DNA of 64,000 nucleotides, from positions 558,001 through 622,000 of the forward strand of contig NW_027191409.1 in the NCBI RefSeq assembly GCF_041146345.1, given 5' to 3'. Below the pieces are notes generated by a model. It ran no database searches and was not told the DNA's origin. It saw only the letters and a program-made list of their open reading frames with translations. Numbering within the stretch: position 1 is the stretch's first letter; the number at the start of each line of letters is the position of its first letter. Shown one piece after another: positions 49,438-61,358 of the stretch. This stretch comes from Neodothiora populina (taxonomy: Eukaryota). Both the position numbers and the translations under genes were made by a program.

Positions 49438-51362
49438 GTGATTTGTTTAACTGCCAACAATTGCTTTGCTCTGTTAGATACTGCTCTAGGTTTTGTAAGC
49501 TGAGTGGCTACGCCAGCAGGACAAAGAGAGTAATACAGCTTCGGATACCTACCTCAATTATCTTGTGGCCTTACTTACGTGTTGGTGATACGATTGAGAA
49601 TAATGCCAAGTCCTCTTAGGCTTTCTCTCCGCTCTTCCAGCCGGGAATAGCGGACTTTATGACTGGCTTCCCCTTGTAGAGTCCGACATCCTGAGGCTGC
49701 GGCTCATCCTGCAATAGAGTGGTTGCGCTCCATAAGGTAAGGTACTTGTGCTTACGAAGTATCAATCCGCCGAGACATGATCTGGAAGTTGTTATTGTTG
49801 CAAGTTCTCATTCCCACTATATAGACAACGGCACCTTACATAATGATTAAATAGGCTGTGTGGAGCGTTGATGCTCTGCTACGCGAGCAGCCTAAGTGCA
49901 TACCTTATGATGTTTAATTACTCAATATCCATCCCAGCTATCTCAGATGTACAATGCTCGTGTGGGATACTCAATATGGAGTTCCGGAGTTGACGATCAA
50001 CAACTCGATTATGAAGCACGATCGACGGACTTGTGGATTCTTTATCCGTCCATGTTCGTATAGACTGCTCCCATGACTATCACATAAACGCAATTGTGTC
50101 AAGGAGCGCGATATCATACATCGCTATTTCAAACCGCGGACTACGTGTACAGTCTTATCTGGCAGCAACCTTGAAGACAATCTCATTCAGCTTGTCTTAA
50201 TCTATACAGAACGTTTGCTCATCTTCTGCTATCAGTAAACATGCCCGCTACACTATCAGAATATCAATATGCTTGTACAATAGTAGAAGGTCGTGCAACG
50301 GAGGAGATCTACATATTCCGACGGCGATAGTCGGGACAGGTCCAAGAGCCAACCAGATCCCTTGTCAGAGGCAACATGAGTCAGGTTACCTGTCAGGGCC
50401 CATCGTGTATCGATACCGCATGCAGATTGGAAAAGCGTGGGAGTTTCGCAGTGCCATCTCGAATAGAGTTTCTGCGGAAGCGTGCCGAGCCAATGCATCA
50501 TGGTTGCTGTACTGCTGGCCTTGGTTTCGCTATCGCCATACACAACCTTGTCGAGGCCAGGTTCTTGAGATTTCATAACTCACAAGGTCCACTATACTGC
50601 TGTCATGCTCATGGAAGGGCCCATTGGCGCTCACCACACGCATATGTTCGCATGTCGTGCAGTGAAGGTTTCACTGACCTGCTAGCTTCTCGCTCAGTCT
50701 GGACATCACAATGGCAGTTGACGACTATGGCGCATGAGTTGGCGCTAAACGCTGCGTCTATTCAAGCAGGTGCCATGCACCTACCTGTACGACAACTTCG
50801 AGACTTAGATTGCATGGACCCACCTAGACTATTATGGCAGGACCTTATGATTTGCGTATGGCAGTCTGGCATGCATATCTACCTGTTGTGCGACGGCATG
50901 TCATTCTGCTTGACACCCAGCCTCAGTGCCACGAGTAGTCCTTGACAGCCTACCTAGTGCTTTTTTCTGTGCCCTTCTGCAAGTTACGGCTTGCATTTAC
51001 CTGTTTGGTCATCAGAAACCTTTGGTGCTCTGCTATCCGGAACATCAGGCACTCACAAAATCCCGAGTGTCACTGTGTGCACTACCGACATCGCCGCCTC
51101 GAAAAGCTTCGACTTGTGTCCGTAGCTCGTGGCGGGCTAAGATCGTGGTACAGTCGCTACCCCTAGATCATCCGTGGTACCACGTGCATCTTGAAATATA
51201 TAAACGAGCGAAGCTCCATCTCGTAGGCCGTGAGTTCCCTGTGTTTCAGACTTCTCCCAAATGTTATTTCCTCCAGACGATCTTGCATTTCACAATTCAC
51301 TTGGAGACTGTCCTACACCCTCAGAACACTACATCTTCCATCCCTCATATTCATCCGTAAAC

Positions 51363-51635
51363 ATGGGGGTGGAGCAACCTGGCGAAGTGGGGCCATTGGA
51401 CGCCCAACGCGCTCTCGACATAGCTCGCAATACTGAGGGTGACCTTGATCCGACGATCTCGGACTACTTGGAAGAAAGACTTCAGCAACTCTGGGCCTGT
51501 ATACAAAGAGAGCCAGACAACTACATCCTTACCAAGGACGAATTTGCCATCTTCAATTTCTTCATGGTGCGCTTTGCCGGATCTGACCTGGCGGAGAAAG
51601 CTATAGCCCGCTACTGGAGAAACTATGAAGAGTAG
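51363..51635 (+). CDS. Small (90-aa) hypothetical protein
   Basis: Good start context (AACATGG), TATA-like ATATATAAA at ~51196, and protein-like helical composition (ALDIARNTEG...LWACIQREPDNYILTKDEFAIFNFF...AIARYW). Confidence 0.7.
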   Translation: MGVEQPGEVGPLDAQRALDIARNTEGDLDPTISDYLEERLQQLWACIQREPDNYILTKDEFAIFNFFMVRFAGSDLAEKAIARYWRNYEE

Positions 51636-51760
51636 AGAAAGAGCCAATGTCTAATTGCTGTGCTTCTCGGAGAAAATCGGTCATGATGGTTGAGAGACAT
51701 TCTGCCACCGACTGACAATCATGCACAGACAGGTCCGCCTTCTTTGAACCGGATATCAGT

Positions 51761-54194
51761 ATGCGCACATATCAGCCTGGGGACGCCCAGGTAGCTACGC
51801 GTCTAAGTGATGGGGGCAAGGCGCCTGGCATGCTCAATGCCGCTCGTGTGACCGACCCACCTAATCACAATCGAGCCAATAAACGTGGATTCGGCTCTCA
51901 ACGTATCACGGTAGCTTTGATTGCATCCGCTATTGTGTGTCTATTCTGGGTCTTGCGTACATCGTTCCCTGTCTGGTCACCTTGGTCGTGCTCCGAATCT
52001 GTTCCTGCAGATGGTGCCGACGGAGCGTCGCCCATATGGACTAGACGCAGCCTAGATGTCGTGGCACCTTTGCTGGATGTTTTTCAAGTCTCACCACCAG
52101 TTCTTGTTGTTGGTAACGATGGAGCTCTCGAACTTACTGATGGTACTACAAACGGCAGCGTTGAACTAGAGCCACAAACAAATGGCTCTTGCCGTGAGAC
52201 TCTGCTCGTGCATTCATTTGCCTACTCGTATGGGTCGCCGCATGTGGGTATGATAGAAGCTGCAGTACTCACTATGCTCGAATTATAGACTGATGAGCAT
52301 AGGCGCGTACAACCCTCCGAGCTGCAACTTCAACCGCGTGACTTGGAACTTGAGTGTCACGTCGGCTGGCCGGCAATTCGATCGCTTGGGAATTGTCTAC
52401 TTTGGTGATATTGAGGTCTTCAGAACAAGTACCGCCGAACCCACAGCCACGGGGATCGAATGGGTGTACCTAAAGGTAGTATCGAATGCCTGTTATGTTG
52501 AGCCACATGCTGACACTTCGTAAGGATATGACATCGTACTCATCTCTTTTTCGGGAGCAACAGAAAATCATCTTCGATCTTGGAAACATAGTCGACTCCA
52601 CTTATACAGCATCGTTTAACGTTACTCTGACCGCAATTTATTTCACCGCGTCTTCAGACTCAGTCAACCTTGCAGATCTAATTCTTCCGATTTCAGCAGA
52701 ACAATCAGCCAATGATGCCGCTAGCGTGTTTACTGTTCCGTCTGATATTGCCTCCAGTAATCTGAGCTTACCCCGCAACACTCTTCGGGCCGTTCTTACT
52801 GTGGCAGCGACGGGCCAAAGTAACGAAGAGGTTTGCCTCTCTCTCACACATTAATGAGAACTTTTCATCCACTAACGAACTTCAGTTCTGGTGGAGCAAC
52901 GTTCCCTCAACCAACACTGCTTCGTTCCCGCAGACTGGTGCTCTGTATGGCTACAGTCCCTTCCGAGAGGTTCAACTTTATATAGATGGCCTGCTTGCTG
53001 GTGTGGTCTGGCCTTTTCCGATCATCTTCACCGGCGGTGTTGTTCCAGGGTCAGTGCAACCGGATGGATGCAACGTGAGCAGCGTACTGACATCTTTAGG
53101 CTTTGGCGGCCTATAGTCGGAATCGATGCCTTCGACCTGCACGAAGATGAGATCGACATCACTCCCTGGCTGGGCATACTCTGCGACGGCAATAGCCACA
53201 ATTTCACCATTCGAATTTCTGGCTTAAGTGAGGCTGGAAATGGTACGGTTGTCCTCTCGGAGACTACAGAGAGCTACTGGCTCGTGACCGGAAAGGTGAG
53301 ACTGACAGTGCCGAACTGTGAGAATCTTGCTAATGGGCAAGTAAGGTGTTTGTTTGGCTTGACGCAGAAGATCATGTTACTACTGGTCAAGCTCCTATCA
53401 GGACTATGCCTCCACCCAGCTTTCATATGTCTTCGGTCGTTGGCCAGGGACCAAACGGAACCAACGAGACACTCGCATACCACGTCACTGCTCAAAGAGA
53501 GTTCGCCTTGGCGTCCACCATTCGCACGTCGCAGGGCGATACCCATGCGACGTGGCACCAGTCGCTTTCTTTTTCGAACGATGGAAATTTGACCGATGCT
53601 GGAAATGTCCAGACGAACAGCCAAAACACACTAGGTTACGATGTCTCGTCGAGCGGATACGCGAGGAATATCGAATATCCTCTATGGGCATATACCGCAT
53701 ATGGCTACATTGAAGACAACTTCACCATCACAGCTGATCTGAACCGAGGGAAGACGGTGAAAACCGTTGGACAATCCGTTTTTCCTACGGGACTCGAGTC
53801 TTTTGTTCCAGTCCGAGGATACACATCCCGTGTTCTGTCCTTCCAGGGGGCTAGTCTGACCACTACCCAGAACGGGAGCGCCACTTACTTGGCAAATGAG
53901 ACATCTTCCACGTCGTTTAGCTTCGGCCATACAGAGCAAGACATGGTATTCAGTGGTATCAGAGTTGATGCTTCGGAAGACAATGGATTCCCCCATATTG
54001 AGGCAAGCACGGAGCTTTATCATAGATATGTGGCTGCTTCCAATTCAACTGTCGTGGAGGACGAAGAGAACCTTGTCGGCTCCAGTGTCAAGCACACTCA
54101 TGATAACGAAGCGAACGAGCAGGCTTTTGCAGCTCCAGGTGTCCGATCGATGGTCGGTAGAGGCCCTAGCCATGACAGTGATAGACGCGCTTAA
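51761..54194 (+). CDS. Peptide-N4-(N-acetyl-beta-glucosaminyl)asparagine amidase A (PNGase A) family, with N-terminal membrane anchor
   Basis: Exons 51761-52247, 52303-52475, 52525-52830, 52886-53049, 53100-53295 and 53346-54194. HSFAYSYG, GRQFDRL, FRTSTAEP, NEEFWWSNV, PFREV and GLWRPIVGIDAFD. Exact start ATG uncertain. Confidence 0.9.
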
Positions 54195-55363
54195 GTTTCG
54201 CATACCGCGGTTGGTGTGGATCAAGGGCGGATACTGTAAAGGGCATCCATCACCCTGTTTCATTCGTTCGGCAGACCGTCGGGGTCTCGCCTGCTAAGTC
54301 TTTACTTGTACGTCTTCCTGCAGATCATATAGCCGAGAACGGAGTTCCTAAGCCCTGGTTTAAGGCTGTTGCGAAATTGTGAGCCGAGCGAGGTCTATTT
54401 GTACACCTGTGCAACAAAGGACTGTAAATAATGTCGATTGAACTTCGCGTACATGCTACGCAAAGCTAAAAGCGTTATTTGACTTGATACACAAGGCTAG
54501 AGCGCCCCTCACCTTACACTGCGTGCCTTAGTCCCGCACGCTTCTGTGCCACAAGAGGCACCATCCTACGCGCTGATGACAGGGAGATTTAGCTAAGTCT
54601 AGGCAAAACACGAGGTACAGAACCCGTTGCTATTCTGTATGCATATTCTATCCACTGAGAAGGCCATACTACTGCTAAGCGGTAAGACGTATCCGGCATG
54701 TACTCTGAACAAGAATGCTTGTGAGATCTGAAGTTTCGTGCCAAGCTGTATAGACCAATTGCCTCATATTTCTCCATCTTGAAGAAGGGTAGGCGTCCCC
54801 GTACGGCGAGACAGCTGCTATATGCAATAAGGCCGCAACGCGAAGATTCATCGCGGCTTCCAACCAGAGTGGCGCGTCGATCTTTGACTCGAGGCCACCT
54901 CAGCCAATACTCGACCGGGAAGAAGAATGTCACCGGCGAGAAAGAGCATGACTCCGGTGCAGCATTTACTTACCACATACATACTGTAGCGTACGAGCGA
55001 AAGGATCAGGTCATGTCGCCATTGCGATCCGGTCGGACTTTAGTGGGTCGGGCTCGGAGTCTGCGGTGGCAAGTACTTGTACAGACGAGAAAGAAAAAGG
55101 GCCTTTCATTTCCTTTAGAGGTTGAAGGATCCGGCCTTGACACATCAGTTACCTTGGGGCTTCAATGGCAGTAACAGACCAGGAATACGAAGAAGCCATC
55201 GACGGAAGCAAGCCGACTTAATTACCAGCTGACGTCTTGACAAGCGGCGGCAGTCAGCCTTTGACAAGTGCAAGGAGCCGCTAGTCGCCCGTCGGCAGTT
55301 TCACTGGCTCGGCTCGAGCCGCCGCTCAAAAACAAGAAATTATTTCCACGCATCCACAGCGTT

Positions 55364-55406
55364 TGTACAGCAGTAGTGCGAGTGTACAGCAGTAGTGCGA
55401 GTGTAC
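55364..55406. repeat. 19-bp tandem duplication TGTACAGCAGTAGTGCGAG x2
   Basis: Copies at 55364-55382 and 55383-55401, followed by TGTAC. Confidence 0.85.
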
Positions 55407-56992
55407 TGTATGTGCAGATACACCTGCTTGCCGTGTGGGACTACAGAACCCCACCCCTGGGAACGGCATCTTGAGGACGATCGCTTTTGGTTCGAAAAGC
55501 TTATGCACACGCCATCTCGTAAAACCTTGCAAGGGAAGGTACAAACAGCACAGCGTTCACTCTAGGTACTTGTGTGTGCAACTGTGGAATTTGGTCCGCG
55601 CTGGTTCTGTGCCACACTCCGGATATCGTACAGGCTTTATTTTCAGACGCATGGCCCACGGCTCACTATCCGCTTGAGACGCACTGCATCGTCGCTCAAC
55701 ATGAGGCGTGCCCACCAACCGGAGTGAACGCCATCGACGAGAGCACAGCATGTACTGTACAGTACCGAGCCACATGAACGACGCTGCAGTAAGGCGTGTA
55801 GAGAAGCTGTGGCGTTCCAGCGCTTCCTGCGGTGTCCTTACCACGAGGCAAACATTGTGAGACCCGGCTACGTACAAACTGTCTACGAGTAAGACACGGA
55901 GCATATTCGTTGATGTTTTATCTCCGTTGGTATATTTGCAGTATCACCATGACAAACAGTGCAAGCATCAAACAGTACAAGCATAAGCAAGACGCAAGAC
56001 TCGGCCTCGTATCCAATCATGTCTACTTCCAAGCCTCCGGAGTAGGATTCCGGAATATCCCAGACGAGGGAGTACAAAAGTGTCAGATCACATCAGGCAT
56101 CACACGAACTTCTGCTCGTGGACACTTGCGCCCATCCATGCTGCATCACATCTATCGTGTAAATGCACTCACTGTACACTAGACACAGCACTCAGAAAGT
56201 ACGCCCAGCCTTACTCTAGATGGCAAACAGCATCGCCGTATGCATCCTTCCCATTACAGGATCATGTTCAGAACAATACCGGGGATGCAGCATGCAACCA
56301 AGGCTTTATGTTCCCCTTCCAAGTCAATCTTCTCGTTGAGTGCCCCGCAGAGGAGCGGCGTCACAGCGAGTTGATTGCACAAAGTACAGTACAGTAGCGT
56401 AGGGGCAAAAAGATTGGGCTCTTGCGCTTGAGCTCGCTTGTCTGCCTGCTCGCTTATCTTCCTGCTTACCTGCTTGCCTTGTTGCCGGATCAAGTGAATG
56501 ACTGACTGACAGTTCTAAATTGAAAACACGACGACAGATTCACAGGTAGCACTGATAAATTGCAACACCAGGTCAATGACTGCACGATGAAAGTGGCGCT
56601 GTCATCGCTTGCCTACTACTCCTCCTTCCTAATACTGCTCCTGCTTCTGCCTTTACAACAAGTGCACCCAAACGAAACTTCGTTCGCCATGCCATGAAGC
56701 AAAGTGAAGGTATCTTTTGTCCTGTTGGCCAAATTCACTTATTCTGCATTGGGCCTCCCGCGTTACATTAAACTTCACAGCACTACCTCGCACCTAGACG
56801 GAGCCCGACGAGACAGCTACGTTATTTTGGGAGACAGATACTAGGTAGGTAGGTATGCAGAGATCACGATTAGAGCCTAGGCGTCTACTCATAATCTCGC
56901 TTGCTGGCCGACTGCCTGACTGCCTGGCTGGCCGGCAAGCCGTCCTCGAGTCATGCATATGCTCGAACAGTCGATCCGATCTACACCGAGTC

Positions 56993-57035
56993 ATGCACTC
57001 ACGCACGCACGCATGCATGCATGCGTGCATGCATC
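56993..57035. repeat. (GCAC)n/(GCAT)n alternating purine-pyrimidine tract containing a perfect 22-bp palindrome
   Basis: GCACGCATGCATGCATGCGTGC at 57007-57028. Confidence 0.85.
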
Positions 57036-57527
57036 TACATCCATGCTTGCACAGTGCATAATAGTGAACTCGGTCCCAGTCCAGCCCAGCCAGCCCACTC
57101 CATCCAGCCAGACAGTCGGTCAGATAGCGGGACAGAGACAGATGAACAGATAAAGACGACAATTAATCCCCACCCCTTCTTCGCTTAAGCAAGAAAGTGA
57201 TGGCTGTTCGAAGAAGCATGGACTCAATGAGAAAGTAGGTAGGTCTGTTTGGATTATGAATCTTGCGAAAGGACATATAGACCAAACAGGCCTAGATTGC
57301 TATGCAAGAATCTACGCTATTGTATTGCATTCGAAACTTTCGTTTGTGGATTCTTGTCATTTCCTTCGCCTTTGGTCTGTAGGAAACACAGCATTGGAGT
57401 TTAGGAGGGTGCTTGCGATACAAAGTGCAGGATTATGTATACGCCACCTTGCAAGAGACGAAACAATTACAGACCGACTGATCATTTACAGAGAAGTCTC
57501 TGGGCTCAGCGTGCTAGACCTCCCCTC

Positions 57528-60500
57528 CTAGGGGAGTATAACATCTTCCGTCCCATCGCTCTCACTTCCACCAGAACTGTCGTCATCTCCTCGCGAGTGT
57601 CGAGACATGACCACCTTTGCCTGTGCCTTTTGTTTAGCCGAACTCGCACCCACGATCTTGACTTTCTTCTTGCGCTTCTTGTCGAAGATGGACAAGTGTT
57701 TCGACGGCTCGATTGTGGCTTCAACGATTTGATGCGATGATGGTGCCGGTGAAGACTCGGACACGGAGTCGTCGACTAAACTGAGTGCTTGCAGTTTTGC
57801 CAATCTATTGGCTTCTTGTATCGATACCGTCGTTGCGGGAGAATCGGTAGTCAAGTCTAGGAACGCGCGAGGTTCAGGTTGTTGGTCTTCTGATATTGGC
57901 GACGAGGGTTCACGAGCTGCACTTCGGCGAGGTCCTCCTACAGACTTGCGTTTCTTGCTCGTCGTGCGTGGGGTGTTGTTGCTCGGCTGACTGCGGTTTG
58001 GCCTCGTGTCCTTGTAGTTCTCTGGCAGCTCGTCAGGTAGGTCTGGGTCGTTCTGGTGCTTCTTCTGGATGTACGACGATATCCTCCGTTTGCCATTCGT
58101 GACTGTTCTTGACCCGTTGTTTGTGTTGCTGATATCCTCTGCGATATTGTCCTCGGAGCCGTCCTCGGATCCCAGATCGACCTCTTCGTAGTCCATGACA
58201 GGATTGCGGCGTCGCTTTGCGTTCGCTCGCTGTTGTCTGTCAGAGCGCATGCTGAAGTCTTCGTCTTTTTCAACGCGGATTTTTGCCTTCGAGCTCATGA
58301 TGCCTTTTCGTGCCTTCTCGGTCGCAGGCACGACGTCTGAGCGAAGCAGCACCGTTTCGTCAGGTGCGTCGCCCTCGTCGTTGTCAGCAGTGGGTTCGGC
58401 AGGGTGTTGAGCCGCCGAAGAGGCTTGCGGTGCGACAAGATGTGCGAGGCGAGACCCGGAAAGTTTCAGCTTGACCACTCTCTTTCTGCCTTTCAAAGCA
58501 GCTTGGACCGCGATGAAACGACCTTGCTTCTTAGCCTCGTCTAATGCCTTTCTCTCTTTCTCTTTCTCATACTGCACGGTAGCTTCGTTCCTTGGCCTGG
58601 CTCCTTGACTCGTCGTTTCGTCGGCAGCGCGACGCTTCTTTGGAGCAGCATCCATGTTGATTTGGTCGTCTTCATCCCCGTCGCGTGTACGCTTCTTGCC
58701 TGGGGGCTTGAACGGCCGGTAGATAGATTCTTGCGGCTGAGCATCGTCATTGTTTACTTGAGCAGCCTCTTCGGGGTCTGGGTAAGCATAGCCGTCGGTC
58801 GCTTCCTCTGTTTGATACATAATTGCTGACGGTGCCACGAAGCCGCTTGTCATGGCGGGTGCATACCCAGCTGGTACGAACGACTGCTCGGCAACTGGGT
58901 TATACATTGTAGACGAGGTCCTCTGGATCGGTCTGTGGCCTTGAAGCATAGCTGAAGAAGGTGGGAGAGACTCATTTGCATGAGAGAGCGATTGTAATAG
59001 GTCTGACTCGCTCCGAAGGGCTGGGTCAAGCGCAACAGCTTCCTGTCTGCCAGGTACTGCTTGGCCTGGTCGCTGTTCGGACGGGATGCCATCAGGCGAA
59101 TACTCGAATTGGACCTGTGTCTCCCCTGCGGCACCCTCCTCCTCTTCTTCGTCGTCGTCATCATCGACCATTCGTGGATCTGCCGCCTTCGCCCGTTGCG
59201 CTTCTTCCCTGGCGCGCCGGATGCGGGCACTCTCGACAGCATCCTCATCATCACGGAGCCAGGTGAGGTTCGAGACGGAAAAGTCTACCAGACATTCCAC
59301 GCTACGAGCATCGGCCACTTTCTTCGTGTCATGTCCGAGGAGTGTGCCTTTGGGTTCGATGGGAATCTGCTTCGGGTCTTTTCGACAGGCTCCAGCAAAG
59401 CAGACGTTCATACAGTGAGGACATGACCACTGTGGATTCTGCATGATGTCGAGGGGCATCATGTCCGCGCCTCTGAACAATGAGCCGTAGCACCACCACC
59501 TGTCGCAAGTCGTGCACTTGGCGGATTTCCAGTTGGGATGTCTCTTGCAGCAAACATGGCAGGGACTGTGTGTCTTAAGCCACATCTTTGGGCGTTTCTT
59601 CACCGTCTTCTTGACTCGTCCTTCATCGTCGACAATGATATCCTCCTCACTCTCTTCGTCTTCCTTGCGCTCCTTGGGCTTGTTGATATCAACCCAGGGC
59701 CGCCTCTTGAGCTGCTCGCGACACACTTCAGCAAGAGTCTTGTGCGGAAGTAAAGCCCGTTCTTCGGCGAGGGTCCAGGGTGTTTTGTTCACGTTGATGT
59801 TCCCACCGTCAAGGTCTATGTACAATTTCCTCCAGCTCTCGTACTTTTGAACGAGCTCTTTCCACTTGAACTGCTCTGTCCACTTGAGATTTGAGATGCA
59901 GCCGCATGACCTTCCCATGGCATAGCAATCCATACAGACGTCGTAGGGCTCCCCTTCTTCGTGGCCGAGGGCATCTTTACAGGATGGGCAGGAGAGAAAT
60001 CGATTGAGGATGTTACCTCGACAGTAGGCGCAAGTGACGTTACTGTCGAAAGGTAAATATTCGCATCTTTCTTGGGGACCATCAGGCGAGAACATCTCCG
60101 AGAGCATGATCTGCTTGAACAAGACCAGCAATTGCTTAAAATTCCTGCTCAGCTGCTTGATCTTGTAGCTATTCATGAGATCGCTGGCAGCTTCTTTGGG
60201 CAGCTTCTCCGCTTGGGCTCTGGCGGAGGAAAGCAGAGATGAGTATTTCATCAGAGTGTAGTAGACAATGGCTTTGTTCTTGTATTGCTCATCTCTACAT
60301 ACAATTCGGGCCTTTGGCAAGGCTTCGTTCAGAGCTAGTTGCAAGGTCTCGACAGTCGTACGATTCCATGCGACCTTCATCGTCCGGGTACCTCTATTCC
60401 AGACCTGATGGGGAGCCAATGGCGGAATGAGAATAAAGTCACCGGGCCTCTGGTCGACGACAAAGACATTGAAGGGTGCCTTTTTCCAGGCCGATATCTG

Positions 60501-61358
60501 GGCAAAGTGAGATTCGACTTCGATATCGTGGCCGAGAACGGACAGCCAATACTCGGAGACTGTGTTTCTGTCCTTGGATTCAGTCATGAACCAGATGGAT
60601 GAGCCTGGCTTTTCGGGTTTGCCGTCTTCGCCTACGTCAGCCGAAGCCTCGACCATGATGTTGTGGCCAAGAGAAGCGCACATCTCACGGTGAGCCGGCG
60701 TATATGTGCCCTCATGACCAACATAGCACATGAGGTTCTCGGCGCGCATCGCAGGCGGCAGACTACTCATCAGATCGCCAGCTCGGGCTATGCCACGACC
60801 CATCCTTCTACCTGGGAGATTGGAGCGGGATGCGAGAGTGGAACCAGGGCCACCAGGCTCTCCGGTGCTATCATTAAGATAGAAGAGCGAAGGCGGCATG
60901 TGTTCTTGTAGTTTGTCATGCCAGACTTGAGGGCAGTCGATGTCTTTCAGATAGATGCGCTGGCGCGTCTTGTCCTTGTAGTTGCGGGGGTTCTCGAAGA
61001 ACTGGTTTGCAAGTTTGCCCATGTTGTTGAGATAGTGAGCGATGCTCAAGGGTAGATAGTCTTTGGTGGCAAGATTCCGCGACTGCTCGACTTTTGATCC
61101 AACATTGTCGCGCAGCCATTTGGGAGTGAATGTCCATGGATCCAGTAGATTCTCGTAGCCGTCAATGACAAGCGGATAGCCGCGATTGATGACATGGTGC
61201 TGCACAAGTCGCTCGAACTCTTCGATTCCGTTGCGGGCAATCTCTTCGCATGATATGCGGTCGGCGTACTGAAAGTTGGGCGTATGTTCTACAAGGGCGT
61301 TGATGTCCAAGTCGGGTGGGATGGGCTCAAAGGCCGCACGAGGACGTTGTGCGGGCAT
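57528..61358 (-). CDS. JmjC-domain protein with Cys-rich zinc fingers (KDM3-like putative demethylase/hydroxylase)
   Basis: Intronless 1276-aa ORF. YLKDIDCP, TPAHRE (HxE) and PPLAPHQVWN (distal His). Two Cys clusters (CAYC..CPSC..CMDC..CGC and CHVC..CTTC..CPHC..C). Long disordered, NLS-rich C-terminus. Confidence 0.85.
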   Translation of the reverse strand: MPAQRPRAAFEPIPPDLDINALVEHTPNFQYADRISCEEIARNGIEEFERLVQHHVINRGYPLVIDGYENLLDPWTFTPKWLRDNVGSKVEQSRNLATKDYLPLSIAHYLNNMGKLANQFFENPRNYKDKTRQRIYLKDIDCPQVWHDKLQEHMPPSLFYLNDSTGEPGGPGSTLASRSNLPGRRMGRGIARAGDLMSSLPPAMRAENLMCYVGHEGTYTPAHREMCASLGHNIMVEASADVGEDGKPEKPGSSIWFMTESKDRNTVSEYWLSVLGHDIEVESHFAQISAWKKAPFNVFVVDQRPGDFILIPPLAPHQVWNRGTRTMKVAWNRTTVETLQLALNEALPKARIVCRDEQYKNKAIVYYTLMKYSSLLSSARAQAEKLPKEAASDLMNSYKIKQLSRNFKQLLVLFKQIMLSEMFSPDGPQERCEYLPFDSNVTCAYCRGNILNRFLSCPSCKDALGHEEGEPYDVCMDCYAMGRSCGCISNLKWTEQFKWKELVQKYESWRKLYIDLDGGNINVNKTPWTLAEERALLPHKTLAEVCREQLKRRPWVDINKPKERKEDEESEEDIIVDDEGRVKKTVKKRPKMWLKTHSPCHVCCKRHPNWKSAKCTTCDRWWCYGSLFRGADMMPLDIMQNPQWSCPHCMNVCFAGACRKDPKQIPIEPKGTLLGHDTKKVADARSVECLVDFSVSNLTWLRDDEDAVESARIRRAREEAQRAKAADPRMVDDDDDEEEEEGAAGETQVQFEYSPDGIPSEQRPGQAVPGRQEAVALDPALRSESDLLQSLSHANESLPPSSAMLQGHRPIQRTSSTMYNPVAEQSFVPAGYAPAMTSGFVAPSAIMYQTEEATDGYAYPDPEEAAQVNNDDAQPQESIYRPFKPPGKKRTRDGDEDDQINMDAAPKKRRAADETTSQGARPRNEATVQYEKEKERKALDEAKKQGRFIAVQAALKGRKRVVKLKLSGSRLAHLVAPQASSAAQHPAEPTADNDEGDAPDETVLLRSDVVPATEKARKGIMSSKAKIRVEKDEDFSMRSDRQQRANAKRRRNPVMDYEEVDLGSEDGSEDNIAEDISNTNNGSRTVTNGKRRISSYIQKKHQNDPDLPDELPENYKDTRPNRSQPSNNTPRTTSKKRKSVGGPRRSAAREPSSPISEDQQPEPRAFLDLTTDSPATTVSIQEANRLAKLQALSLVDDSVSESSPAPSSHQIVEATIEPSKHLSIFDKKRKKKVKIVGASSAKQKAQAKVVMSRHSRGDDDSSGGSESDGTEDVILP

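Noticed and set aside
50376..50945. 189-aa ORF upstream of the small gene
   Set aside because: Cys/His/Trp-rich random-looking composition with no motifs; likely spurious.
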